Source of the DNA: Lama glama
Taxonomy: Eukaryota
Reading direction: 5' to 3'
DNA: 64,000 bases
Assembly: GCA_028534125.1 (NCBI GenBank)
Contig: CM052824.1
Span: 59,768,001 to 59,832,000, forward strand
Shown: one piece after another, positions 1 through 12,700 of the stretch
Layout: the number at the start of each line of letters is the position of its first letter
How positions within the stretch are numbered: position 1 is the first letter of the stretch
Position numbers and translations under genes: made by a program
Notes under the pieces: model-generated
Told to the model about the DNA's origin: nothing
Database searches by the model: none
The model's input: the letters and a program-made list of their open reading frames with translations, nothing else

Positions 1-1234
1 TTTGTCCCCTGAGGATGGGCCCCGGGGTTTCTGTCTACCTGCCTGGTCCCCTCACTGCTCAGAAGCCATTTGGCTTCTAATTGCCGTTGAGACAAATGTT
101 TGGAAGTTGATCTGAGCCATCGAACGCCCAGGTTCCGGGTGCCGCCCATGCAAAGCCTCCGAGCCAGGGGGACCCCTTGTGCGGGAGGTCTGTTTCTCCA
201 CCAAACTAGGAGAGACCCAGCGGAACGCAGCGGCCTTAAAGTGACGGCCAAGACAGGGTTCCACTGGGGGGTTGCCGACTGGCCCCACCACACGCTCGAA
301 GCCCACGGGGTTTCTTCTACGTCCGCTGGGTCCCAGGCCCTGGCCGTGGACGGAGTCGGGTTCATCCCAGGCCTCCCTGATGTAGCAGCGATGGGACGAG
401 AGGCAGAGAGAGGTCTTCCGAGGGATTCAGTTTTAGAAGGAAATGAGAAAAGAGGCCGCTGCCAGTGCCCGGGGGCGGGGGCAGGGGTGGGGCACGCAGG
501 AGGGTGGGCAGTGCGGGAGGGCTGCCCCACGAGGCAGGGAGGGACGCTGGTCCAGGTGACCGTGGATGGGAGGTGTGCGTCCTTCAGAGCGCGCCTGTGG
601 TCCAGACGAGAAAGCTTCCCTTTAGCCGTGCCAGACGATCAACCCTGAGCTTTTGGAGCCGGTAAACTGGGTGGCGCTGGTGGGGATGGCTGCGTTGGAG
701 AGAAGCCCTCCTGTGCAGGAGGCCCATGGGACCCCCAGACGGCAAACGCCCACGAGCACGTGGACGGGGCTTGGTGCTCAGCGCTCGTCTTTGGAGCAGA
801 GGCTCACACCGCCGTGGCGGTCTCCCACACCTGCCCCAGCAGCACCCCTGGGAGAGACCATGGATTCCTCTGAGCCTGTCTGAGCAGCGCCCACCCTGGG
901 GACGCTGCTTCCAGGAGGCCCTCCAGGAGCTGCTGTCTGTGCTTCTCCCTTCTGGCTGCCTCTCGGGCCCCCTCCCCCCCCCGCCTTTAGAATGTTCTGG
1001 CTGCCCTGGGCTGGTGGACTTTGGAGCTGCAGCAGACAGAGGACCACCCCGCGAGGTGGGCCCTGGCCTGACAGCAGACTTGCTCCTCGGTATGGACCCC
1101 TCTCCGGACAGGCCCAGCTGGGCAGGATGCCCCACCCCGCCCCCCTGGCCAAGGGCAGGCGCCAGCCGGAGCAGCACGAGGGGCTCTTCTCTACAGTGGT
1201 TTTGTGGAGTTTAGAGGGGTGCACGCCTGGCAAC

Positions 1235-1650
1235 TGTGTCAGCTTTCTTTTGCAGCAGTGACAGGTTGCCCAAACTCAGTGGCTTAAAAGACACACCTGT
1301 TAGCTCACTGCTCTGGAGGCCACAAGTCCAACACGGGTCTCACCGGGCTGAAGTCCAGCTGTGGCAGGGCGGGTCCATCCTGGTGACTCCAAGGGAGGAG
1401 CCACCCCTCGCCTTTCCCAGCTTCCGGGGTGCCTGCGTTGCTTGGCTCGTGGACCCTTCCTCCGTGCCCAGAGCCAGCAGGGAGGCACCTCTCTGTCCTG
1501 GACTCTGACCCTCTCCTGCCTCCCTTGTCCACGGGCCTTGTCAGGACCCCGTGATTACACTGGACCAGCCCATGTCCTCCAGGATATGCCCCTGTTGTGA
1601 GGTCAGCCAATGGGCAGCCGTAATTCCATCCCCCCACCCCACGTTGGGTT
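1235..1650 (-). mobile_element. MaLR LTR, MLT1D-like
   Basis: aaactcagtggcttaaaa...ctggaggccacaagtcc...ggaccccgtgattacactgg matches recalled MLT1 consensus; ends approximate. Confidence 0.75.
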
Positions 1651-2644
1651 CTGGGGGTGCAGGCTGTTCCGTGGGGGGATGGATGTGCTGTTTCCTTGAC
1701 CCGCCGCGAGCCGCAGTGGAGGGGGCGGCCGACGGGAAGCCTGGTGTGCATGTCGGGTGGAGGCTGGAGGCGCCTTGGCCTTCAGGGAATGTCTCCCACC
1801 CCTGCTTGCTCCTGCTCCAGGAGGAGGTAACTGCAAATTTAATTCCACCTGGCAAACAGCTTTGGACCTGCCAGTTACTATGGCAACCCCTTAAAGTGTG
1901 TGTGACATTTTCTGCCCCAGGGAGCTCATGGGGGTCTCTTTGGACCAAAGTCTCGGAGTTCAGCCAGGAAATTGGCCAGCTGGCTTTGCCCAGGGCTTCA
2001 GGTTACCCGCCAGCACCTTTCCTGGGACTCCTGGCAGGGTAGGGGCCGGACAAGGACCCACGGGGTGGCCCTTCCGCACGCCCCAAATCTCACAGTGCCC
2101 AGACCAGGGAGGCACGCCCCTCCAGGACAGGCTGAGCCGACCTGGCTGCGCTGGCTGTAGACTCTGCTCTGGCCAGTTCCCGGGCTGCTGGGATCCTGCC
2201 TTGCCCTGGGCCGTGGTGCGACAGCCTTTTGAGCTGGGGGCTTGTCTCAGACAAGCTTCACTTTGACAATGTTCAGAAGGACGCCAGGCAGATCCTCTAG
2301 GGCGGCTGCCTTTGGCTGCCAGCCTGGACCCTGCCCACCTGGCAGACTTCCCTGGGAGCCAGGGACCCAGGAGAGAATGTGTTCTGGGAGCTTCTGGGAC
2401 AAGCAGAGGCGAGTGCCTGGCCTGGCCCCGCCGCGCTGGGAGAAGGCAGGAGGAGGCGGAGGGGCTCTGTACCGCCCTGTAATGGGCCTGCACGTCCACC
2501 AGAATGCGCAGGAGTCTCGGGTCGGCTGCTGTGGCCATGGGGCTTTCACTTCTGACCCAGAAGGAACGAAACACTGAAGGGGCTCAGTGCCCACCTCGGG
2601 TCCCTTGGGTCCCTTGGGTCCCCTGGCCGCCCTCCTTCGAGTGC

Positions 2645-2715
2645 GCGCCTCTCCCCATTTCAGAGATGAGGGAACCGAGGCCCAGAGGCGTTTTGCGATA
2701 GGCCACGTGCGCCCA
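2645..2715 (-). mobile_element. MIR SINE core fragment
   Basis: ccccatttcagagatgagggaaccgaggcccaga. Confidence 0.6.
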
Positions 2716-2839
2716 GCAGCCGAGAGGCCCAGCCAGCCCAGACCCCAGGCGGTGCCCTGCTTTGGGGTCCAGCCGAGCGGAGTGACGGTGCAGAGGGTGG
2801 TGCCTTCCTGCACTGCTGCCCAGGCCTGGGTGCAGGGGT

Positions 2840-3050
2840 GGGAGTGATGTGGCCACAAGCCCAGGACCCTTGGCTTATGAAAAAGGCAAAGGAAGGTGTG
2901 GCCCTGGAGCATCCGGAGGGGCCCAGCCTGCCCACACCTTGGTCTTCAGTCCAGCAACACTGATTTCAGACTCGTGGCCTCAGAACCGTGAGGGTACATT
3001 TCTGTTGTTTAAGCCGCCGGGTCTGTGGTCCCCTGGCACTGGGACCCGAC
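2840..3050 (+). mobile_element. MaLR LTR fragment, MLT1C/D-like
   Basis: gatgtggccacaagccc...gatttcagactcgtggcctcagaaccgtgag...tttctgttgtttaagcc. Confidence 0.75.
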
Positions 3051-4525
3051 ACCAGTGCCTGTGCCTGTGGCCCGGACACCCTGGGGCCACCGGCCAGGTG
3101 AATTCCCCGCTCTCCTGGGTCAGAGCTAAGGCCCCTCCTGCAGCTCTGCCCCCAGCCTGGCCGGCTGCCCTGGGCCCTCACCCCCACCCCTCGTCCTCAG
3201 TGTCCCGGCCCTGCCTTCCCAGCCTGGTCACCGCTGGGAGCCACCTTCTGTCCCACTGGCTGAGCGTGATGCACCCAGTCCCGTGCTTCGTCTGCCCCCC
3301 CAAGCCTGGCTCATATCCCCCACAGGGGCCTTGCCTCGCCTGTCTCGGGGGCCAGAACCCCTGCCCATGACACTCAATGGGGTGCCTGGGAAAGGGGTCT
3401 CGGGTGGGGAAGGGTGTACTTGCTGCCAGGGCAGGCCCAGACCTGTGCTGGCCTAGCACCTAGCAGGCAGTTGCCCTGCAGAGCTCGCTCGCTCGGGGGG
3501 GCCCCAGTTGTCCTGCTGCCCCCCAGGGAGAGGAGGGGCCCACGGGGCACCGGTGGAGGGGGCATTCCTAGGGGGCAGACTCCAATGGCCCCAGCCATGC
3601 ATCCTGCCCTGGGAGGGGTCCCCCCACCATCTGTGTGGTGGGCTGGCTGTGGGGATGCTCCTGGACACCTCTCCCACCGCTGCTGGACCTCCAGCCCTTC
3701 AGTGGGGCCTGGAGGGTGAAGGGCTGCCCACCTCTCCCCAGGGGGCTGCCTTTGTGAAGCCCAGATACCAGGCAGTCCCCCACACCTCCAGCTCCTCCAG
3801 CTCTTTCTACGGAGCCCCGTGCGGCCGACTTGGTCCAGCTGCTTTCCATCAGCCCACCCGGCTGAGATTCCGGGAGCGGCCCTGGCCTGTCTCGGGGACA
3901 CCTGGCTGCAGGGAGGAAGGGTCTCAGTCTCCTTAGCAGGCCGGGCCTCTTAAACTCTGACTCCCTAGGGGCAGCTAGAGGCCTGGGTGGGCGGGTGGCT
4001 GAGGGCTGGCTGTCCCACAGCCCCGGGGAACCAAGGCCCGGCTTGGCCTCCTCCCTGGATGGTCTCAACCTCCGTTCTCGGGCAGAGCCTTCCCCATCCT
4101 CACAGGTGGGGTAGGGGTCCCTCGCCGCACCCTGTGCCTTCCCCACCTGCTTTTTCTCACCTGCTTCACACCTGGGGGCTCTGAGGCCCACCACTGGCCA
4201 CCAGACCAGGCTGGGTTGGCCTCTGATTCTGCACCCAGGTTGCTGGTGGACAGGCAGGGGGTGTGGGGACCGCCTCTCTCAGGGTGGGCCCCCTTACTCC
4301 TCACTCCGCAGCCCGCGGTCGCCGGGTCAGCGGGGACAGCTGGGCCTTCGGGCCCTCGCCCAGGCTTGGGGGGCCCTGGCTGCATAGGGCCTCTGTAGAG
4401 TTGCTGCCCCCCGAGGGAGGGCGCTGTGCTGGGGACAGAGCCGTCCAGGAGCCGAGGCCCCATCCCTCTTTCTTCTGCACCAAAGCCCTGGAGGAGTGTG
4501 GTGTGGGGGCCGGTCCGAGGAATGC

Positions 4526-5090
4526 TTTTTTAAAAACTGAGGTGGAGTTCACGTAACATAAAATTGACACTTGTAAAGTGTGCAGTCCAGTGGCGTCGAG
4601 CATGTTCGTAACCACCACCTCTACCGACTGTGAGAGCATTTCCTCATCACGGGGAGACCCCGTACCCCCAGACAGCTGCTCCCCCTCCCCCCCCAGCCCC
4701 CAGCCCCTGGCAACCAGCATTTGCTTCTGTCTCGGTGGGCGTGCCTGTGTCCTTCAGACAGACTCACAGCTGTGTGGCCCTTTGTGTCTGGCCTCCCCCC
4801 GAGCGTCAGGTTTCCGAAGTTCACCCACGCTGCAGCCTGTCTCCGCGCTGCCCGCCCCCGGTGGCTGGGTGGTGCCCCACTGCACGGAGGGACCACGTTT
4901 GCTTATCCCCGGGCCCATGGACAGACACCTGAGTCGTGTCCACCTCCGCTGCGGTGGCCATCCCCGCCCAGGCATCCGTCTGAGCTCCTGTTTCAGTTCT
5001 TTCAGGCCGATGCCCTCACGTGGCCATCCGTGCCTGGGCCTCAGGGACGCGGCCATGTCACCAGCTTTGAGAAAGCGCCCTCGGTTGGTG
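4526..5090 (-). mobile_element. L1 3' end fragment (L1MB-like)
   Basis: ttttttaaaaactgaggtggagttcacgtaacataaaatt...cccagcccctggcaaccagc...gccctttgtgtctggc. Confidence 0.8.
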
Positions 5091-6637
5091 GCCCCGCCCG
5101 CCTGGCCATCTGTCCTTCCTGCTGCCTGGAAAACCCGAGTATCAGGACAGGCCGTGGGACTTCTGGGTGACTCGCACCTGGCCTGCTCCCTGCCTGAGGG
5201 GCTGGCCTCTGTGCTGTCTCCCCAGGCCTGGCCTGGCGGGAAAACCCTGGCACCCGGGCTATGACCCCTGGGCTGGGCTGATCTCCGGCTCGCCCTGCGT
5301 AACTCTCTAGGAATTCCCGGAAAACCCCTTAGTTAACCTCGGCAGGCCGGGCTCATGGTTGCATTCCAGCAGCCCCGAGGCGGGTTCTGGCCACCGCCTT
5401 TCTCGTGGGACTGTGGCCTCCCCTGCAGCCCAAGCCTGGCTCGAGGCCTTCCAGGGACCCTCCAGGAAGTGCCGGCAGAGACCAGAGCCGAAGCCCTGGG
5501 GGCGGCGGGGGGGTTTTGGGCTCTGGTGGGAGTGTGGCCTGGGCTCGTCCTTGTCTGGGCACCCGGCCTCTGGGAGAGGTCTGGCTCCTCCAGGGGCAGC
5601 GCCTGGTGGGCATCTGGCCGTCTGTGGCCTGTAGCATGCTGGGGTCTCTGCCTGCCCTACGCCTGTCTCTAGGTGACGTTCTCCATGAGAGCGAGGAGCC
5701 TCGGCCTTTGGCCTTGAGAGACTGGGAGGACGGGAGGCAGAGGCCCTTTCGACCTTGGGCAGGCAGCACAGCGCGGAGCTGGGAGTGGGCAGAGGCACCT
5801 GGTCCCCTTAGTCACCCCGCTCCTGTGAGGTGTCCAGGGAAATGAGGCACCTGAGTCCTGCAGGCCCCAGCGGGGGGGCTGAGGTGTGTGGGGTGCAGTG
5901 ATGCCACCAGCCCCAGCAGGGCATCTTGCTTCCCCTGGGACCCAACATGTGGACCCAGGGGAAGCCCCATGCCCCTGCCCCCACAAAGGCAGAGCAGAGG
6001 ACAGGATTGCAGTGTGGCCTCGTGATTGGAGCCTCCTGGCCTCTCCACCCTCCACGCTGGATGGAGATCAGCGCCCCACCCAGGCTCACAGGCCACGTAA
6101 GTTCAACAGACCGGAGAGTGGGGAGAGATCTGGGCCGGGGGCCGGGGTGTTGAGCCCACTGCCAGGGCTGGGGACAGTGGCAAGGGTGACTGTGGGGGAC
6201 TCTTGGCCACGCTGCTGGGGGAGGCCTGATGTCCTGGCAAACTGACAGCTGGACGAGAACACACACAGAGGCCATTCTTGGCGGGACTCAGACAAGTAAG
6301 AGTTTTGGGGAGCAGAGCCCACTCCTGCGTCAAGCTGTCCCCATGGGGCATTCCTGCCAAATCACTCTCGAATGCCACAGGATGGGCCACTGGTCCTGGG
6401 TGCACAGACCCTGGGTGCTCAGAGGGACCTGGTTTGCAGCCTAGACCCTGCTGCTGGATTTGTCCGTTGGGTTCCCCTCCCGTGGGGCCTGTCTGGAGGA
6501 GTGAGGTTCCCCGTCTCTGCCAGATGATGTCCTCTTGTGTCGCGGGGTCCTGAGGGTCACCTGTCTAAAGCCTTGGGGTGGGCTGTGGCTGGGAGGGGTG
6601 TCCCCTTTCAGGCCGCATCTGCGTTTCCCCCTCGCAG

Positions 6638-6771
6638 ACGTGAATGAGTGTGCTGCTGGCCATGGGGGCCGTGAGGCCGGGGCTTCAACACTGTGTGGGG
6701 CTTCTGCTGCCGATCCACCCCCCGCGCCGACCCTGGCCGCCAGCTACAGGGAGACCACAAGACCTGCCCAG
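6638..6771 (+). pseudogene. MEGF6: Decayed (frameshifted) calcium-binding EGF exon in a MEGF6 intron (pseudo-exon)
   Basis: Acceptor tttccccctcgcag|AC GTG AAT GAG TGT (DVNECAAGHGGRE), then in another frame FNTVWGFCCRS...PGRQLQGDHKTCP, donor G|gtcggc; 134 nt (not 3n); Cys-to-Arg and Cys-to-Ser changes. Confidence 0.85.
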
Positions 6772-9700
6772 GTCGGCCTCTGGCGCCCATTCCTGCCCGC
6801 CACCACCAGTCGGCCTCAGCCTCGGCATCCCTGCCCCCACTGGTCCCTGGGGCTGCCGCGGTGCTGCTCCGAAGAGTGCCACTCGGGGGCCTGGGTGGTG
6901 GTGCCCAACTCCTCGGCGTCCTCCCTGCCTGACCTGCTCCCCACACATTTGGGGCATCCATATATTTCTCCCAACGTGAACCTTGAGGGGGCTCAGAGCC
7001 TGGTGTGGGTGGGTCACCCTGGGGGCAGGGCAGGGGGAGGGAGGTCATTCTGCCTGGGGGAGATGAGGCTGGGGAGGGCGGGCGGGCGGCCAGCTGCCCC
7101 GGTGCAGCTGCAGGGCCCCCGGGAGAGCAGGCGGATGGGCATGTGCCTGGGCGGGCTGGGGACACTGGTGGGCACCCTGCTGGCAGCAAGGGCTCTCTGA
7201 GGCTGGGCTGGAAGTGTTCGCGGCTCTGGGCACACCCTGTGCCACGGCTCTGCCGTGCTGGCAGCTCGTCACCAAAATCAAGAACAGACAGAAGGAAAAT
7301 TCCCGGGGTTGAAACGGACTAGGGCTGAACTGGGCTCGTGGCGGGGGCAGGGGCGGGGGCCCATCCGCTCACATCCCCCAACTCCTGCACCTGTGCTGCC
7401 CCCCCACCGCCCCGACCCCTGACCCTAGACCCGCGTCCGGGCAGCTGTATCACACCATCTCCCTGTCCGCACAAGAACACTGTCTCCGGCTGTGAGCTGT
7501 CGGTGCGGGTAGGGGCGGCGGAGTGGTGGGGGGACAGAATGCTGGACTGGGGGTCCAGGGGCGGGGATTCTGCCCTGGCCAAGGTGTTCTGCAGACGGGC
7601 CTTGTCTCCAGACTGTTCCCACTGGGCTGAGGCTGGGGGAGGGTGTGACAGCTGCAGAGGTGTTGCAGTGACCTGTTGCTCGTGGCCCAGGACCTGGGGA
7701 CTCTGTGTCTCTGGAGAGGAAGGGAGCAGAAGTCAGGCTACAGGTCCCACCACCAGAGTCCTGGCATTGGCCTTGGCTTCCCCTTCTGTGAAACGAGCCC
7801 CACTGGGATGTCAGAACCCGCCCATGCTTGCACCCTTGTCCCGGGACACGCAGAGTGCAGGTGGAGTTGGCGGGGGCGGGGGAGGAGCACGCTCCCCAGA
7901 CCCAGGGGAGGAAGGAGGCCCTGCTGCCCTGCCCCCCACCTCCTGCAAAGTGGGGGTGGCTGTGCTGGCGGGGGGAAGGAATCAGGGGCCTAGAGCTTGC
8001 CAGGCCCAGGGCAGGCTCCCCATGAGCACAGCCCCTCTTCACCCACCCCCAGCCTCCCGGCCTCCACAAGGACCCGGCCCAGACATGAGACAGAGCCACC
8101 CCAACATGTGCTCCTGCACTGAGGTTCTCCGGGCCTTTGGCACCCGAAGGTACGGGCCGAGGGTCGTGCTCCCTGCCCCGCCCAACCTGCTGCTGGCGCG
8201 CACCGGCCCCGGCCTGGCCTCCCTGAGCCTTTTCTTCTGCATCCAGGGTCCCTGCTGATGACGCGTCGTCAGCCCGGTGGCCTCCAGATTGGGGCTGAGC
8301 CTTGGGTTTCCCATCCCCTGCCTTTCCTGTTCTCGGTCCCCAGAGCCTGCGGGGGCACAACCCAGTCCCTTGTGGGTGCCCTGGGGACCCGGGTCTCCCA
8401 GGTCCAGGGCTCAAGCCAGGCCCTGGGGGGCACGCTGGGGCAGCCCCGGGGCTGGGGTTCCTCTGGCCTGCAGTGCTGACACCGGGTCCAGCGGCCAGAC
8501 GCAGTCCTGGAATGCAAGTACATGACTTGGCCACTGGCTGGAGCCCAGCACTGGGTCAGCAGGCCCGGCCAGGGCTTTGGAATGCCTTAACCCAGAGGGT
8601 CCTGAGGGCAGGCGAGGTGGTTGCCACCTGGCCACTGGCTGAAGGCAGGGGTACCAATGAGATGCCCAGGGAGGGGGGCCCAGCAGGAGGGTTGGCCCCA
8701 CACCCTGCATCCCGCTGTGCCGGCCCCTCCCCAGCCGCGGTCCCCAGGGAGGCTGCTGACCCCAGCTCTGCATGTTTGGGATGGCTGGGGCTCCAAGGCA
8801 CTGTGTGGCTGAGAGGGCTCTGCTGAGCGCCAATGGCCTGCTGTTTCCTCTGTCCCCCTGCCAGCCCAGCCTCCCCTAAAACTGCAGCTCCAGCCAGCGA
8901 GTGGGGCTCCTGGGGCGGCCGGCCGGCCGTGTGCTAGACAGGAAATAAGATGTTACCGCAGAGGAAAGGACGGCTCTGCTCCCTCACGCGTAGGGCCGCG
9001 CGCGCCGAGTGGATGCTGGGGTGAGCCCAGAAACTGCTCAGTGATTAATCAGCGCTATAAACTCTGAGCTCTGGCACCGCAGCCTGTTGGGAGGGTGCCT
9101 TGGCCCCTGCCCCGGGAGCATCGCCCCGCCGACGTGCTTGTTGTGTTCTGGGAGACTGTCCTGGGAGCCCTGCCCCACCGTGCTGGGGGTCAGGTGGCCG
9201 GGGGCGGGCCCAGCGTCCAGGTGAGGCTGCTGCTTCCCCAGCATCCCAGGTAGGGCGTGGCCTCCCCTCAGACCTGTGGTCTGTGGAGGCCGCTGGCCCT
9301 GGGGAGAGACGTGGTCTCTGCCGTAAAGCTCCCATCCCTGCTGCCGGCGGTCCTGAGCCCCTTCCTGTCCGGGGCCGCCCATCTTTCCACGTCAGCCTCT
9401 CTGGGGAGGCCATTCTAGGGCCAGACTTTGGTGTCAGCGAGGCCCAGGATGAACTTCGACTCAGCCCCTTGGGTAACTCTGAACCTCAGGCTCTTCGTCT
9501 AGAAAGTAGCACTAATAATGGTCTTGCTCTTAGGGCGCCTGGGGGGACACGGGAAGTGACTCGATGCCCACGGCCCAGTGCCTGTAGCAGGCTCCGTGCC
9601 CTCCAGGCCGGCTTCCGGGGGAACGGGGATTGAAGAGGAGAGGGGCTCCAACCTGAGCCAAACCCCGACTCTGCCCTGGGCTGGGGGCACATGCCCTCCA

Positions 9701-12700
9701 CTCCCACCTCAATGCATTCTCTTGACCACGGTCCACCGTGGGACCAGCCTGGAGGTCTGGGGGGACCAGGACCCTACATCCAGGCCTGGGGGAGCCCTGG
9801 CGGGTCTCCACGCCCGCCCCAAGGCCCTCCTAGTTCCTTCTCCTCAATTCCTCCCTCCCCTGCTGGCCGGGGCAGGGGTGCTCAGTCCGTCTGTGAGAAA
9901 CGTCCAATCCTTACATTAGGCCGATGGTGTGGCCTGAAGACCATGGTGACATTGGAATGGGGAGGATTTTTCAGTCTCATTCTGAGGGGGAAATGAATCT
10001 CGCCTGTTGGAGAAAATCAGGGTGTCTCCCTGGAGGAGATGGAGGCTTGGGGTGGGGCGTCTTGGGTCCAAGCCTTCAGGCTGGCTTTCCCACGGCACCA
10101 GGGGTGGATTCTGTCAGAGACGGCTCCACTGTTCCCACCCCTGCTGCCCCCTCCCTCCCGGAGATAAGGAGGGGCTGGGAAGGGAGGTGGCAGGCGACTG
10201 CTGGTGGGGGGTGCTGGGCCGGGAGCAGCCTTTGTTGGCTGGGAGTCCTCAGCCCAGCCTGCACATGGCCAGCTCCTTCCTGGGGGCTCGGTGTGCTCCC
10301 CCTGGCCCCCCGCCCCTGCTATTCCTGGGCTGTGGGAACGTCCAGTGCAGACCTCGGGTCTTCTTTGGGGTGTCTGTGGGAAGCCCATGGAACACAGTAG
10401 GGGTGTCCCTGCACCCCAGCCCTGAGGGCCCGGCTTTGACGTCTGCGTGGCCCTGCCACGCGACCAACCCTTCTTGAGGGAGAAAGGGGCTTCTCTGAGG
10501 CCCTTGTGCTCAGGCTGGCGTGGACCGTGCCTGCCCCACTGCCCGACTCGGCCGTGGTGGTGGCTTGTCCCATCTGGGTCCGGGAAAGCAGCCGAGACGC
10601 GCCCCGTTCCCGCCGAGGGCTTCTCTCTCACACCCACTCGGCCGGCTGCCCTGGGGGCGCTGCCAGGCCCTCACTGTTCCGAGGGAGAGGCAGGAACGCG
10701 GGGAGCGACGGGCCTTGATTAGGGGCGCAGGGGGTGCGGCGCTGGGCTGGGAGGGCCGTGGCTGACCCGGGCCGGCTGTGCCATCCTGCGTCCGTGGGGT
10801 GGGGGGCCCTGGGCCCCGTGCTCCGGTGGGGCGTGCTGCACTCCCCTCGGCCCTCTGTGGGGGCGTCCCTGAAGCCCCTGTCGTGGCCCCTTGGCCCCCG
10901 AAGGCAGGACACCCTCCCGCTAAGAGGGGGTCTCGGGAGCCTCAGTGCTGTGAGGAGTTTTGCGCCTCCTGGTAACCCAGCCCGCCTGCATCAGAGAGCG
11001 GGAAGGCGACGTGAAGGAGGCTGCCCTGCCTCGTTCAGCCCGCGCTGCCTGCCGGCCCCGCCGCTCGCCGCTTGGGCCTCGCCGTGGCCCCTGTTTTATA
11101 AAGTGGAGCGGGAGGCAGAGAGAGACGCAGCAGCGCATTCAGGGTCACACGGCCAGGGGGTGGCAGACGGGGGCGGCATCGTGGCCCCTCCCCCGGCCCC
11201 CTGCCCCAGGTCCCACAGAGGCTGGCGCTCAGGCCCCCTCTGGGGGTAGCCTGCTGGCCTCTCAGGAGCGGGGGCGGCCCCTTGCTCGTTCCACGTGGCC
11301 CGCACTGGCAGTGTCCGGCACAGGGTGGGCGTCCGGCGAGTGTCTTTTGAGCGACCTGCCCCTACAGATTCAGAGACTGGGGCTGGAGGGGCGCCCCCCT
11401 GGGCTCACTGCACACCGGCGGGCCGTGGAGCCCCGCGTGACCTCGGGCCTTCCGTCGCAAAGCCCCTGCCTCGTTCCTGCAAGGGCCGCCATCTGGGCCT
11501 TTCTGAGGCTGGACCCTCTGACAGGCTGAGCTCTGGCTGTGGGCGAGGGAGCCCGACCCGGGCTGGGATCCCTCCAGACAGGACGGCAGGGTTTCCGATC
11601 CATCCGAGGTGCTGAGAGTTAAAAGCTTTCATTTCCTGACTCTGGCTAGTCCATCCCCCGTGTGAGTAGATGCTGGCAGGTGCGGTTTTGGTCAAGGCCA
11701 AGGCAGGAGAGACACAGCCCTGTGTCAACAGTCGGAGCCAGCGGGAGACAGAAAGACGAGAGGCCCGCCTGCCCCTGAGGGCCTGCCAGACCCCCAAAGC
11801 TCAGGGCCCTGAGCAGTTTCCCGGGAGGAGGCCCCAGGACGTGCAGCTTGCCGGCATCTGAGTGGCTGCTGTCTGGACGCCCACAGCCAGCTGCAGGACT
11901 GGACGTGGGAATGAACAGGCTGGGTCCTCAAGCCTGAGCCCTGACCGGCCAAGTCCAGGTGTGACTCTCTGATGCCACAGTCCTCAGACTCGGGGCTCAG
12001 TGAGAGGAAGCGGATGCCTCCTAATAGTGAACCCCGGCATGCCCGGGGGCCTGTGGCCGGCCAGCTGCCATGAGGACACGCCCTGGGCAGAGGAGGGATG
12101 GGCTGCATCTCGCCCCGTCCTGGAAGCTTCCACCACAGAGCTGGGGGTTCCTGGGCCAGGGAGACTGAGGCTCCAGGCAGCCCCTTTCCTCCGAATCACA
12201 GGGGTCCCAGCTTTGCCCCCACTGGTCCAGGGGCTCCAGCTGAGAGGCTGGGTTATCTGGGGTGACTTGGAGCTTGCAGCGGCCCACGGCACACCTCAGG
12301 AGGGAAGGCATCTCCTCTCTCTGTGCAGCTCCTGAAAGTGGAAACAGCCTCTCCTGGCAGGGCTGGAGACAGGTGTGTGCAGACGGCTGGGTAGGGGCCA
12401 GCTCCCGGGAAGGGCAGGCCTTCTGCCCTGCCTCTCCGCCTGCCCGGCGGGTGGGAGAGCCCTCGTCCCTCACTTGTCCCGGCGGGCCCTCCTCTTTGGG
12501 CGTCTGGCCTCCAAGCTGGACTCTTCTGCTGCCTGTGTCTCTTGGCTGCCTTTTATCTCTCGGTCCTTCCCTTCGGTAACGATGGCTGCACCTTCCCCAC
12601 CCAGTATTTTCTCCAGGCTCCCCTTGCCCGCAGAAGAGGATCTGGGCTCGGCCTCCACCCCATCCTCCCCACTCCTCACCGCTGAGCGGCTGGGCTCCTG

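Noticed and set aside
61-78. AGAAGCCA-TT-TGGCTTCT hairpin
   Set aside because: Short, isolated palindrome with no associated feature; plausible by chance in 64 kb
7338-8534. Long ORFs of 306 aa (+) and 369 aa (-)
   Set aside because: Low-complexity G/P/A/R composition and no domain; expected from stop-codon scarcity in very GC-rich intron DNA
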